Made by a program: the position numbers and the translations under genes. The notes under the pieces were generated by a model. It saw nothing but the letters and a program-made list of their open reading frames with translations. It was not told the DNA's origin and did no database searches. A stretch of 64,000 bases of DNA from Chlorokybus atmophyticus. Its lineage: Eukaryota; Plantae; Mesostigma and Chlorokybus algae. Positions 1 through 12,410 of this stretch are shown here, piece by piece. The stretch's first letter is position 1. The number at the start of each line of letters is the position of its first letter. The stretch spans positions 124,001-188,000 of the forward strand of contig RHPI01002204.1 in assembly GCA_009103225.1 (NCBI GenBank), written 5' to 3'.

Positions 1-1530
1 CGGTTGTAGGGGTACTTAAGTCTGTCCAAAGGCTCAGCTCCAAAAGCAGTACATCTGCAGTGCAGACCTACAGTAACGGGCACAATTCTAAGCTTAGCCT
101 TTGCTTGCCCACTTCCCAACCAGCTCAGCAGCCATCAGCGGTTGACTGATTTGCACAGTCTTGCTGGCTCTGTCCCTCTCAATGACAATTCCCAAGAACA
201 GCTTAGCTCTCCAGGATCTCTCACATTAAACTCAGCTCCAAGCTTGGTCTTGACCTCTTTCAGATCTTCAAGTTGTCTCCCAGCAATTAGAGTGTTATCT
301 ATATAGACCAGTAGCGAGACTTCTTCAATTTTGTGCCTGAACAGTCTAGGATCTGCAATAGATGCCACAAACTCCAACTTGTCAAGTTTTTTGCACAACC
401 GAATGTGTCAGACTCTAGGCGCCTGCTTCAGACCATACAGGGCCTTCTTCAGTCTGTAAGCAAATGCTGGACCTCCCTCTTAAAAACCCTTAAGTCGCTA
501 ACAGGATATCTCATCTTCAAGCTCTCCATACAAGAAAGCAATCTTAATGTCCAAGTGGAGAAGTTTCAGATTATGTGCATCTACATTCAGCAAAGTTCGA
601 AAAGTCACTATCTTCTCTGCAAGAGCGAAACTTTCGCTGTAGTCCACTCCCTCTTACTGTAAAAAGCCTTTCGCAATCAGCCGCGCGTTGTACCACTCAA
701 TAATCTCAGAACTATCACGCTTGCGCTTGTAAACCCACTTGACATGATATGGTTTAACACTTGATGGTACCCTTTCCAGCTCCCAGGTGTTATTCTTATG
801 CAGCGACGCAACTTCCAGGTTTATCGCTTGCTGCCACAGCTCCGCGTCGGGACCACGCATAGCTTCTAAAAGGTACTAGGCTCAGAATTTGCTGCAAGTG
901 CATGGTATGAGGGTGGCAACCTATTAGATTTCTTCCTTTCCCTCCATGGATACCGGCGATCTTACAGACCTTGTTGCACACCTTTGGGCGAAGCAGATCT
1001 TTGCTTCCTATCACATCAACAGTGCTCCCTTTCAGAGAATCGATGCCGAGAGCCAGCAGAAAACCCAGACTCACAAGTCTTAGACTCAGGACCAGCGTTT
1101 TCCTGCTTGAACCTATCTGCAATGTGTTGGATTTGCTGCCGCTTTCACATTTAGACCAACCAGGCGCAGACTCAAACCCAGGAGGACCAGCAAGGTTTGG
1201 CAAAAAATCAGACCCTTCAGCCTGTTCTTCATTCCCTCCCTTAGTAAACACCACATCTGTTGACTACCACCTTGTTGTCCACCAGGATGCGCCAAGCCTT
1301 GGAGTTTGCCTTATAGCCAATGAAAACTCCCTTCTGACTTACAGCAGCCATCTTCTTTCTTTGTGCCTTCGGCACATGGACATAGGCAGTACTTTTAAAC
1401 ACCCTCAATGCCGAAACATCAGGCTGATCTCCATAATAACGCCACACTTGCCACAAAACACACTTTGTGCTTTTGTGGCCAAGTTGTTCGTTACAATGTC
1501 TCATACTCAACAAGATGTACACATGCTAAT
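1..1530 (-). pseudogene. Degenerate Ty1/Copia pol (integrase C-terminus and RT N-terminal part), runs off the left edge
   Basis: Minus-strand fragments PDVSALRVFKSTAYVHVPK..KGVFIGY (1241-1522), AELWQQAINLEVASLHKNNTW..KWVYKRK..ARLIAKGF (654-860) and LLVYIDN..FNVRDPGEL (135-398) are collinear with the intact A3 polyprotein but broken by stops and frameshifts. Confidence 0.85.
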
Positions 1531-1930
1531 AACACACCACCCTTGCTTGGATCGGAGACGACAAGAGCTCTCAACTTAATAATGATACAATAATAACGAG
1601 CATCACTATTAAGATACTTCATAAGTATCATTGCATACTTCTGAACTTGTCTCTTACGCAACGCGATGTACACTTATAATGACACCACATATGCTTGGGT
1701 GGGAGACAACATGTGCTCTCAAATTAATGGATTAGCCTTAATAGTTGATTATCATTTCATACTCCTCAACTTGTCACCTACTCAACAACATGTACACATG
1801 CCAATAACACACCACCCATGCTTAGGTGGGAGACAACAAGTGCTCTCAACTTGCCAACGATACAATATTAATGATTACGTATAATGTGTACCCGAACTTG
1901 TCTCCTACTTCACAAGATGTACACATGTCC
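1495..1930. repeat. Degenerate tandem repeat, about 3.5 units of ~125-150 bp
   Basis: The motif aacttgtcNcNtactcaacaaNatgtacacatg...gagacaacaagNgctctcaa recurs near 1495, 1645, 1769 and 1896. Confidence 0.7.
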
Positions 1931-2287
1931 CCGAGCATGCTGAATATAACAGGACGGCGCGCCGATGGCTGACATTGCTTGCCATTGCACAACCGCCTTC
2001 TTTCACCCNCCCCCCCGTCATCGATGTTAGAGCACACGTCTGCCACCGCACGACTGCCTGCGCGCTGACTCTTAATCTCTCCTATTTGTCTTTTTTCTTC
2101 TCCTTTACCATTAGGTGTGTCATTGATTGCCTACATTGGCATTTGGTGGCATTGTGTGGCTTGGTAGGAGTGGGACTAGGTGGGAACAGGTACGTGCAGA
2201 ACCATATTGTGTGCGGCGTGCTTGTACATCATGCTATCTCATAGTTGAGTGTGTTTGCATGTGCTTATGCGTGTGAATGCCCCCCCN

Positions 2288-2337
<50 letters not shown>
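2288..2337. repeat. (CT)n microsatellite next to an N at 2287
   Basis: Uninterrupted ctct run directly visible. Confidence 0.95.
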
Positions 2338-2342
<5 letters not shown>

Positions 2343-2649
2343 AGGGAAGTGTCTCGCTGTTAGCTTACAGTTGTATCTTGTGCGGGCTTGTTGTTAGCTG
2401 TTTACTTCTCCATTGAACTTGAACAAGTAATAAAGCTCATGCAAAATGTGCAATAAACGCCACGGCACCTTGCTCGTCTTAATCAATCGCAGGTTGGCAA
2501 AACTGGGGACGGGGACGTGTGCGCGCGACACTGTATGCTGAGTAGTGACGTTGCTTGCCATTGTGTATTGTGTAGTACACTTTTGGGAAGGTTAGTGGCA
2601 ACCTTTGTCACTTAAAGTGCTATTGCCCATGATGTGGTAGACATCTCCC

Positions 2650-2884
2650 TTAATGCAATAAAGGCAACATTCTTTTCTTTGCAATGGTCGTTGCCGTCGG
2701 TGTTGGTGCTGGTGCTGGTGCTGCTTTGCTCTTGTTGGCGTTTACGATAGTCTCTCGGGATGTGACCCTTGAAGCCACATTAGTTGCACGTGAGGTTTTT
2801 GTGCCTGATGTTGTTGTTGCTGCTTTTGCTTTGGTTCTTCTCTTCATTGTTGTAGGGTTTCTTCTTGTTTGTGTAAAAGGTGAC
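2650..2884 (-). pseudogene. Copia family B gag, 3' part (Zn-knuckle region), left flank of A1
   Basis: Reads VTFYTNKKKPYNNEEKNQSK..RHKNLTCN. This continues KKDEHVDAVT at 8456 across the GTGAC TSD and is homologous to A-family AVAFYTGKHAKK..RHKDLTCH. Confidence 0.85.
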
Positions 2885-3351
2885 TGTTGAAGGACTAGCA
2901 TGCACATGTAGTTGAGTCAAGCATAGACACACAGAGACAGAGCTACCGCCACCAGAGCATACACAAGTCACATCACATTCATCTATTACAAGTTGTCCGC
3001 TGGTTCTTATACCAGCCAGTTACACACACGTCTACGTTTGCAAGCACTGCGTAAGCTGTACTCAGCCTTTTGACGCGCTCTAAGCTGCGTTGTCTTTCTT
3101 ACAACCAGAGCTTTCCAACAAGCTCTTACACGCCTAATATGAGTAAGTATACGCGGAGATACGAAGCAGTTAGTAAGGCTCCTGTCTGGAGTCCGGAGTC
3201 TGGTCCGACGACGCCATCTTGCTAAGTCCGGACCTAGTGCTCGTCCTTACGACCTTCTACTCCTGTGTGGAGGGTCGATGCTGATCGTATGTAGGAATGA
3301 CTCTCAACACTCCCACGCGAGCAGCTTGACCTCCAACGCTTGCTCCTGTAG

Positions 3352-6300
3352 TCAAACACAGATGCCAAGTCCTGCACAACAAGTCTTGAACTTGAGTGGT
3401 GACAATGGCTTTGTCATGAAGTCCGCCAGCATGCGTTCGGTGTTGCAGTACTGGAACTCCACCTCCTTCCTTGTGACTCTGTCACGCACAAAGTGATGCA
3501 TGACATCAATGTGCTTCGTCCTTGTCGAGGCGATAGGGTGCTTCAACAACTTGATGGCTCCTTAGTTGTCACAGTTGATGACGATGCACGCCATGGGGTG
3601 CTCCAAGTCTGCCATGAGCTTGCGAAGCCAGAGTGCCTCCTTCACTGCTGCTGCCGCTGCCATGTACTCAGCCTCTGATGTAGATGCTGCTGTTGTTGGC
3701 TGCAGCCTGCTGTTCCAGCTCACCACGCCTCCGTTCAGCTTGAAGACGTATCCTGTAGTGGACCTCCTGCTGTTGAGGTCACCAGCAAAGTCCGAGTCGC
3801 AGTAGCCCTCCAACTCAGTGCTCCCGCTCCCAAACTTAATGCCAACTGTTGCGCTCCCAGCAACATAGCGTAGTACTCCCTTTGCTGCTCTCCAGTGCTC
3901 CATGCTCGGTGCAGACATGTAGCGAGCAAGTACTCCCACAGCATGTGCAACATCGGGACGTGTGCACACTGCCAGATAGAGCATGCTGCCTACCAGCTCA
4001 CCATATGGATACTGAGCCTTGTCGAGTACCTCCTCATCCTTTGCCTTGATGAGGGCAGTGCCAAGTGCCAACGGTGTGGTCTTGGTCTTCGCTTCAGTGA
4101 GCCCAAACTTGGTGACGAGTCTTCTCACCATCTGCTCCTGACTAATCTTGATTGTGCGAGCCGCCCTGTCGCGCTCAATCACCATGCCAAGGAACCACTT
4201 GGCCTCTCCAAGATCACGAACTGAGAATGCTTGCTGTAGAGCAAGTTTCGTCTCCTGCAGGTGGTGCACCTGCCTGGCGGTGATGATGATATCATCAACA
4301 TACACGAGCAGCCAGCAGACCTTGTTGTCTGCATGGATGAAGAGCCCAGGGTCTGCAGAGGATGCGGTGAAGCCAAGTGCCTCCAGCTCCTTGGTGAGCT
4401 TGATGTGCCACATACGCGGTGCCTGTCGCAGCCCGTACAGTGCCTTGATCAGCTTGCACGCTGTGCCTCTCTCCCCTTCTTCATATCCAGGTGGTTGCTC
4501 GATGAAGATCTCCTCCTCCAGCTCTCCGTAGAGGAAGGCAGTCTTCACATCCAGGTGATGCAGCTCTAGGTCTTCAGCAGCAATTATAGCTAGCAGTGCA
4601 CGGAAGGTGGTATGCTAACTTGCAGGTGCAAACACTTCATTGAAGTCCACACCTTCCTGTTGCAAGAAGCCCTTTGCCACCAGTCTTGCCTTGTAGCGCT
4701 CAATGTTGCCCTGACCATCACGCGTCACGTTGAAGACCCATTTCACTGGAATGGTCTTCACTCCTTGCGGTAATTGCTCCAGTGACCAAGTATTGTTGGC
4801 ATGGAGTGACGCAATCTCCTCGTCCATAGCACGCTGCCATTGCTCCGCATCTGGTGCTAACAATGCCTCCTCGTAGGTGCTTGGCTCCTCATGCTGCACA
4901 CTGGCGACGTGTGCCTTATGTAGGAAGTCAGGTGCCTTTCTCTCCCTCACTGGGTATCTCCGAGCTGCGTGCTCCTGCTGCAGGTGCGACTGCTTGTCTG
5001 CTACAGTGGAGTCCTGCTCACCCTTATCGTCGATGATGGCCTTGCCTGTAACTCCCCCTTTCGTAGGAAGTTTCTCCGGCTGTGCTTCATCTTCATCTCG
5101 AGGAAAGAAGCCTGCTTCTGGTTGTGATAATCCCTCGTGGAAAACCACCTCTCTGCTCACGATGATCTTCTGAGTGTCCTCGAGCAAGATCCTGTAAGCC
5201 TTGGAACCCGGTTCATAGCCAACGAAGATGCCCTTCTTGCTGACCGGCTCCAGCTTGTGCCTGAGCTGTTTAGGCACTAGTGCATATGCCGTGCATCCAA
5301 ACACACGCATACCACTCACATCTGGTGTGGCTCCATAGAAGTGCTCCCACGGAGCTTTCTGCTCTGAGCTCACCGGAGACCTGTTGCGGATGTAGTTGGC
5401 AGTGAGTACCGCCTCCTTCCACAAACTGTCTTCCATCTTTATGTCGTTGAGCATGGCTCGAACACGCTCCAGGAGTGTCCTGTTGAGGCGTTCAGCTGCT
5501 CCATTCTGCTGCGGGGTGCAGGGTGCCGTTGTCTCGTGGCGTATGCCCTTGCTGGCGAAGAACTCCTTCAACTCCTTGTTGATGTACTCCCCTCCTCGGT
5601 CACTCCTCATTGCCTTCATCTTGTGGCTATACTGCGTCTCCAACAAGGCCACAACTGTGCGCACAGCTCCAGCAACTTCTGACTTGAGCGTCAATGAAAA
5701 GATGATGGACAGCTTGCTGTAGTCGTCGAGGAATGTAGCAAAGTACCTGGCCCCTCCCTTCGCCACAATGCGCATAAGGCCACAGACATCCATGTGCACA
5801 AGCTCGCAAGGATGCTGACTGCTAGAAGAGGATGATGGGAATGGCATAGCATGCTGCTTTGCAACCAGGCATGGTTCACAAAGTGCACCTGATGCATTCT
5901 TGAGTTCTTCAGTGCTGAGATGGATGGCCTTGACCATCTTCTCAGCGACAAGGCTAGTGAGGTTGACGTAGCTGAGATGCCCGAACCTTCGATGCCACAA
6001 TGTTGGCGACTCCTTGTCCTTCACCACCATGGCTTGAATGTCAATGTCCTTAGGGTGCTGCTCCACGTGGTAGAGCCCTCCCGGATCAGTGATTCCAACC
6101 ATGTGCACGACCCCATCAAGGATCACTGTGCAGCCACTGTAACAGTCAAGGCCAAATTCCGTGATTTTCATGGCCGTTTTAGGCCTTATTTGTAAGGTAC
6201 AATGCTTTCATGACTTGTGGCGGATATCGGCGAGTTATGAGTCTGCCGCGGATATCGACCGGGGCCCCAAGACCAGTCCGGAAGGTGCCAGAAAACGGAG

Positions 6301-7902
6301 GGCCAGTCGAGAAGGGCTCGACCAGATTTCTGGAAGGGCCTGGCGCCAAGTAGTATAACTTGACCATATGAGCAGCAAATTAGGAGATCTTTGGTGCGTC
6401 GGGAAGGTCTAGAAGTGTACTACAAGATTCTGCAATAATATCTTAGCTTCTAGTTCCGTCTAGCGCTAGAATCGTCTAGACAGTAGCATGTGCAGACTGG
6501 TAGGTATAAAAGTGACATTTTACAATTTGCAATACAACCTTTAGCTCCCTAGTTTCTGGTGTGCAAGCTTGGTGGTGGTTAGCAGGGGTTGCTAGCAAGT
6601 GTCCACTGGTGTGTGCTTGCTTGTGTGACGATCCAAGGCGCTACACGAGTCGGTGTGTAGCTTCGAGCGCATGCGCGTGTGTACGCGAGTGGCGGGGCGC
6701 GCGGGTGTGCTTGGCAGAGGGGGCAAGGTTCCGGTGTGAATACCGTGTCTTGGTGAGAGGGTTGTTGATTGGACCAACTCACAGGTGAAAAGGCACGAGC
6801 ACCGTCACNGCCACCCTTCCGAAATAGGATCTCCGCGCCTAAGCGCTCCGCAACCCTCACAGAGAATAGACTCGCAATAGCCTTAGGAACATGCAGGACG
6901 TTGCGTAACAACACCTCGCGTAGTGTGTTACCAACCTTGCACTGGAGTCGTACGTTGCCAACTCCCTCAGCCACCAGTACTTCACCACCGAAGCCCGCCA
7001 CCTTGATTGTGGACGTCAGCTTCTTGTAGCCCTCCATCACCTCCTTGTTTGGTGTGAGATGACGATCGCAGCCAGAGTCCACCACCCAGAAAGCTGTGCT
7101 CGCCCTCGAACTAGATGCAGTGAAGGCAACATGTTTCTCTTTGTGTTGGTGCTCGTTGCCGCTGTTGTTTCTTCCTACAGTCCTTCACAATGTGCCCCTT
7201 CCAACCACACCAGTGGCATGTGAGGTCTTTGTGACGAGGATTGCCTGGCTTGTTGCCCTTGTACTTCTCTTCATGGTTGCTCTTCTTTGCGTGCTTGCCG
7301 GTGTAGAAGGCGACGGCATCCGCTTGCTCGTCCTTCTTCACAACCCTCTGCTCCACGGTGAGCAGCTTCGGTAGCACATCGTCCAACGTCAACTCCGATG
7401 ATGACGTCTCCAGCAGGGTTGCGACGACCTCGTACTCTGCTGGTAGCCCTGCAACAATGGCCAGCACTACCTCCGTCTCCCCCATGTTGTGGCCGACGTT
7501 GATGAGGTCCGCCCACAGCTCTCTCGCGCGCGCAACATACTTTGTGATGGGTTCTGCTTCCTCCTTCCTGAGTGCGCTGAGCTGCTTGCGTAGATGCAAC
7601 TTTCTGGCATTGTTCTTGGCTCTGAAAACGGCTGATAGCTTTTCCCAAGCTTGTCTACCATCTTCACATGCAGTGAGCATGGGAAAGTGATGCGGTTTGC
7701 TGTTCAACACAAGCAAAGAGTGTGCTTCTGCTGAATGCTCTGACCACACAGTGTTCGCTCCTGGTGTTGGTGGTGGTGCCTTCGGATCAACGTACTTCCA
7801 CACCTTCTTGTGGATGAGCAAGGCCTTCATCTCCACGCACCATGTGTTGTAGTTGTCGGTGTCCAGCTTTGCAATCTGCCCCTTGTCGTAGGTCGCCTCC
7901 AT
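3352..7902 (-). pseudogene. gag-pol: A1 gag-pol, disrupted
   Basis: YVDD RT motif, GYCDSDFAGD RNase H and HMDVC/SDRGGEY integrase motifs. Disruptions: K-to-stop at 4615-4617, the 672-bp insertion at 6138-6809 and a ~29-bp deletion near 7160 relative to A3. Confidence 0.93.
6138..6809 (+). mobile_element. Solo LTR (or collapsed element) of an unrelated family D
   Basis: Starts TGTAAC and ends GTCAC-N. Flanked by GCCAC at 6133-6137 and 6810-6814. TATAAAAG at 6505-6512. No similarity seen to A, B or C LTRs. Confidence 0.8.
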
Positions 7903-8455
7903 CTTTGTCGTGCCTGCCTTCACTTGCAGTTGACACCCAAGGCTCTGCTACCAACAAGCTACCGTAGTGTAGAACTACTATGCACACAAGCTAGTCTCAC
8001 ACTCCTCAAGCGTAGTGTGGGCCCATAACCTGTTGAAGGACTAGCATGCACATGTAGTTGAGTCAAGCATAGACACACAGAGACAGAGCTACCGCCACCA
8101 TAGCATACACAAGTCACATCACATTCATCTATTACAAGTTGTCCGCTGGTTCTTATACCAGCCAGTTACACACACGTCTACGTTTGCAAGCACTGCGTAA
8201 GCTATACTCAGCCTTTTGACGCGCTCTAAGCTGCGTTGTCTTTCTTACAACCAGAGCTTTCCAACAAGCTCTTACACGCCTAATATGAGTTAGTATACGC
8301 GGAGATACGAAGCAGTTAGTAAGGCTCCTGTCTGGAGTCCGGAGTCTGGTCCGACGACGCCATCTTGCTAAGTCCGGACCTAGTGCTCGTCCTTACGACC
8401 TTCTACTCCTGTGTGGAGGGTCGATGCTGATCGTATGTAGGAATGACTCTCGACA

Positions 8456-9629
8456 GTGACAGCGTCCACGTGCTCGTCCTTCTTCACCACACGTTGCTCC
8501 ACATTCCGTAACTTGGGCAACACATCGTCCATGGTCAGCTCCAATGACGATATCTCTAGCAGAGTGGTGACAACCTCATACTCTGCTGGTAATCCTGACG
8601 TGATAGCCAGTACGACCTCCATCTCTCCCATCTGGTGGCCGACGTTGTTGGGGTCCGCCCATAGCTCTCTTGCACGCGCAACATACTTGCTGATGGGCTC
8701 GCCACCCTCCTTCTTGAGCGCACTCAGCTGCTTGCGAAGCGTAAGCTTTCTAGCGTTGTTCTTGGCCTGGAACACGGATGCAAGCTTCTCCTAAGCCTGC
8801 CTCCCATCTTCACATGCGGTGAGCATGGGAAAGTGATGCGGTTCGCAATTCAACACAAGCAAAGAGTGTGCTTCTGCTGAACGCTCAGACTACACATTAT
8901 TTTCCCCTGGTATTGGTGGTGGTGCCTTCGGATCCACGTACTTCCACATCTTCTTGTGGATGAGAAGCGTCTTTATCTCCACACACCATGTGCTGTAGTT
9001 GTCAATGTCCAACTTTGCGATCAACCCCTTGTCGTAGCTAACCTCCATCTTTGCTGCGCCTACTCCTCTCTGGCGGTTGGCACCCAAGATTCTGCTACTC
9101 ACAAGCTATTACAGTGTAGTAACTACCAGCGTCTATCACACCCTTAACACGTGGTGGGCCCATAACCTACTAAAGAAGCTAGCAACACATGTAGTTAAGG
9201 CTGATGCTGGACATTTACACACATAATCCTATAGCCGCGAGAGCATACACAAGAGCAACACTTTCTCTCTTGATTACAACTCGGTCATGGGCTTTTACAC
9301 CTGCTGCAAGTACACCTGTCTACTCCAAAAGCAACTGTGAACGCTACACGTCATCTTTCGCCATGAACTTAACTGCATAACGTAGCTAATTCCAAGACCT
9401 TTTCAACAAGCCAAGTCTTGTGCCAAATGATAATCTAGCCATCAAGTTATAAATGTTCTTCTGCGCATCTGGAAGTCGCGCCTTGAACCTTCTCTTTGAC
9501 GGGAGTCTCCGCTTAGATTCTTCTCGAGCGGTGTTCGCGCCTGGAACCTTCTGACGGCCAAACCTTCGGAGTTGATGCATGTGCCGATATGGAGGGCAAG
9601 GCTGACCGGATATACAAATATCGTCAACA
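8456..9629 (-). mobile_element. Copia family B 5' portion: gag N-terminus (ATG 9048), PBS 9150-9167, degenerate 5' LTR 9168-9629
   Basis: MEVSYDKGLIAKLDIDNYSTWCVE parallels A gag, with internal stops. PBS GGTTATGGGCCCACCACG. LTR resembles the A and C LTRs and ends in caaca. Confidence 0.85.
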
Positions 9630-9900
9630 CTCTTAAGAAACTGTCCTGAGAAAAGCAAAGGTCAGAAAGGCAAGGAGTCTGCTGGTAATAAGGTGGTCTT
9701 CATTGCATCGGCTGAGTCTCAAGCTTGTACCTATGGCTGGGTATTGGACTCTGGTGTACTCAGCACATGACTCCATGCAAAGACTATCCAGAGGGGTACA
9801 AACCTCTGGCATGACCCATCGTTGTCTCTGGTTTTTAAAAAAGTCTGACATTGCATGCGATTGGCTTTGGCACAGTCAATCTGAGCTGCGACGCAGTGTA
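9630..9900 (+). pseudogene. Fragment of another Copia (E): end of Zn knuckle and start of protease
   Basis: Reads RNCPEKSKGQKG..KVVFIAS..YGWVLDSG, then (frameshifted) QHMTPCKD..LHAIGFGTVNL. Confidence 0.7.
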
Positions 9901-10340
9901 TACATGGCGCCTGCAGTGCGTGCCGTTCACGGCACAAGCAGTCAACTTCTTCGGCGCAGACGGCACAACCAGGCTGTGTGCCGTCGGGACTTCCTGGTAG
10001 AAAAAGCCGTCCGCGGTCCGTACGCAGACTGCAGTCTTGTGCCGGCGTCGGCACCTTTGCTCCCTTGTGCCATTGACGGCACAAGACAGTCCAAGCTGAA
10101 GTCGGCACAACAGAGCTGGTGCCGTGATCGGTACAAGGTTCTACATCCCGATCACGGCACGAGACCAGCAATCCGTTGACGGTTCGCCAATCATTGTGCC
10201 GCTACCGGTGCAGAAAACTTATGCCGAGAGCGGCACAGTAAACTTGTACCGTAGCAAAGCAGCAGCCTTCTCTCCTCCTGCGCTGTGACCGGCAGCGGAT
10301 TACATCAGTGGCTTGTGCCGAGAACGGCACAACACCCTCG
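9901..10340. repeat. Left TIR and subterminal repeats (GGCACAA/TTGTGCC in both orientations)
   Basis: About ten copies, e.g. near 9930, 9960, 10037, 10064, 10101, 10194 and 10313. Confidence 0.85.
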
Positions 10341-11045
10341 TACCGACCAGCAGCCTTGAAGCTGAGCTGAGCTGGGCCGAAGCTCGAGCTGAGCTGCATG
10401 CTTGAAGGAAGAGAAGAAGGCGGCGGCGCGAGCTGCTGCTGCTGGTTTACTTGGAGAAGCCAGTGGCATGAGCTACTGCTGCTGCTGCTGCTGAGCTGCT
10501 TATGAAAAGAAGCTGCTTCTACCAAGAAGCAGATCTGGCAGAAATCGCACAGTTGCTGGAGCTGGAGCTGAGCTGCGGCAGGTTGGATGAAGCTGGGTCT
10601 GGATTCTTGGGTTCTTGAGGATGGTGGCTGAGTTGCTGCTGCTATTAAACTGAGCTGCTGCTGCGAAGCGGAAGTGCTGCTGCGGCGGAGCAAAACTGCT
10701 GCTGCGGCGGAGCGGAGCTGCTGACAAGCTGCTGGGGAGAAGGAGCTATTTCTGCTCACGAGCTCTTGCTGGTAAGGCCTATGCTAGCTTGTTATTGTTG
10801 CTTGATTTGCTCTGTTAGTGAGGCTTGGTTGAGAGTGTCTCCCTTACAGTCTGTTAGCTTGCTGCTGGGCGTCTTGCATGCAGTCTCACTTGTTCATGGT
10901 GAATGCTTGTAGTTGCTCCGTTTTTGTTTGCTAAATCCAAGATATCAGTGACCGCTGCTGCCAACTGTTAGCCCCCAAGTTGTCCGTCATATGCTGTCAC
11001 TGTTAGCAGTATTCAAGTCCGACTTACACGCGATGATCTGCAACT

Positions 11046-11942
11046 ATGGCAGGACGCATTGTTCAACAGTCTGCTGTTCTGCGCGATCGTGAGCAGTTTG
11101 ATGAAACGCTTGCACTAATCAAGCATGCTGGTGGGAAGCCACGCAAAGCCAGTGTACGTGCTAAACGGTCACTGCTTAAAGAGATGAGGGCCGCCCAGCA
11201 AGCGCGTCCAACAAACATCAGCCCGCACCTCACTGGAGGAGGAGGTGATTTGCAGCTGCCTGCACCTGCGACTGCCTTGGAGCATGAGCCTGCAGCTGCG
11301 TCTGCCTTGGAGCCCGAGCCTGCGCCTGAAGATCAACCACACCTATCTAACCAGCAGACAGCAGAACAATCTTCTCCAGAGATGCCGGACTTTGGAGCCG
11401 CCGAGCAATCAGATCGTTCTGGCAACCAAGAGCCTGAGCCCGAGCAGCCTCCAACCTTCAGTCGCGACCTTTGCCTCTGCTTCAAGTGCAAAGGCTTGGT
11501 AAGTTGCTTCACTTGGCTTGCGCTGATGAACAAGTGACCATGCATGCACGCTGCTTACACACCCTTACTGTGTTGCAGATTATGCAGCCGCGCTTGGTCA
11601 TCGATGCGCACTTAGCCAAAGACGAGGCGGCCAGACGGCTGAGGAGCATTCCTACTGTGCAACCCACTTTTGACAGCTTTGATGCAAACAAGTTGCCTGA
11701 TCTGCAGCTGACGTCTATAACTTACCTGGACAAGATAATCAAGATCTCATCCATCCTAGACGAAGGTGGAGTCTCACAGGACTGCTTCAACAAACTGCTC
11801 CCTGTCCTTTTAAAAGGCGAAAGCTCCCTGATGGTTTTGGCTAAGAAGGGATTGTTCGATGAAAGGAGCGAAGGCATCAAGCTGCCTACTACTTGCAAGA
11901 GCCTGATTGGCATGTTTGAGCGCATGGGGATGCCTTCAACAC
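11046..11942 (+). pseudogene. tnpD: CACTA transposase part 1 (ATG 11046; intron ~11497-11578)
   Basis: CLCFKCK..LVIDAHL resembles the transposase-associated CxCxxC..HL motif. KLPTTCKSLIGMFERMG follows. Cut by A2 at the AACAC TSD. Confidence 0.75.
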
Positions 11943-12410
11943 TGTTGAAGGACTAGCATGCACATGTAGCTAAGGCAAGCATGGATACACACGGAGACAG
12001 AGCTACCGCCACCAGAGCATACACAAGTCACATCACATTCATCTATTACAAGTTGTCCGCTGGTTCTTATACCAGCCAGTTACACACACGTCTACGTTTG
12101 CAAGCACTGCGTAAGCTGTACTCAGCCTTTTGACGCGCTCTAAGCTGTGTTGTCTTCCTTACAATCAGAGCTTTCCAACAAGCTCTCACACGCCTAATAT
12201 GAGTAAGTATACGCGGAGATACGAAGCAGTTAGTAAGGCTCTAGTCTGGAGTCCGGAGTCTGGTCCGACGATGCCATCTTGCTAAGTCCGGACCTAGTGC
12301 TCGTCCTTACGACCTTCTACTCCTGTGTGGAGGGTCGATGCTGATCGTATGTAGAAATACTCTCAACACTCCCACGCGAGCAGCTTGACCTCCGACGCTT
12401 GCTCCTGTAG

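Larger units (their letters stand above)
2885..8455 (-). mobile_element. Ty1/Copia LTR retrotransposon A1 (inactivated; contains solo LTR D)
   Basis: LTRs 2885-3309 and 8031-8455 (425 bp). TSD GTGAC at 2880-2884 and 8456-8460. PBS at 8019-8030. PPT GCGTGGGAG next to the left LTR. gag-PR-IN-RT-RH order. Confidence 0.97.

Noticed and set aside
2009-2287. Segment between two N bases as a distinct element
   Set aside because: Bounded by poly-C and (CT)n ambiguity, with no termini or coding signal; cannot be interpreted.
2684-2890. Hydrophobic 68-aa ORF as an env-like or membrane protein
   Set aside because: It is the antisense shadow of the Lys/Asn-rich B gag segment.
10202-10759. 185-aa Q/S/A-rich minus-strand ORF
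   Set aside because: Arises from GCT/CAG low-complexity sequence in the CACTA 5' region; no domain or splice support.
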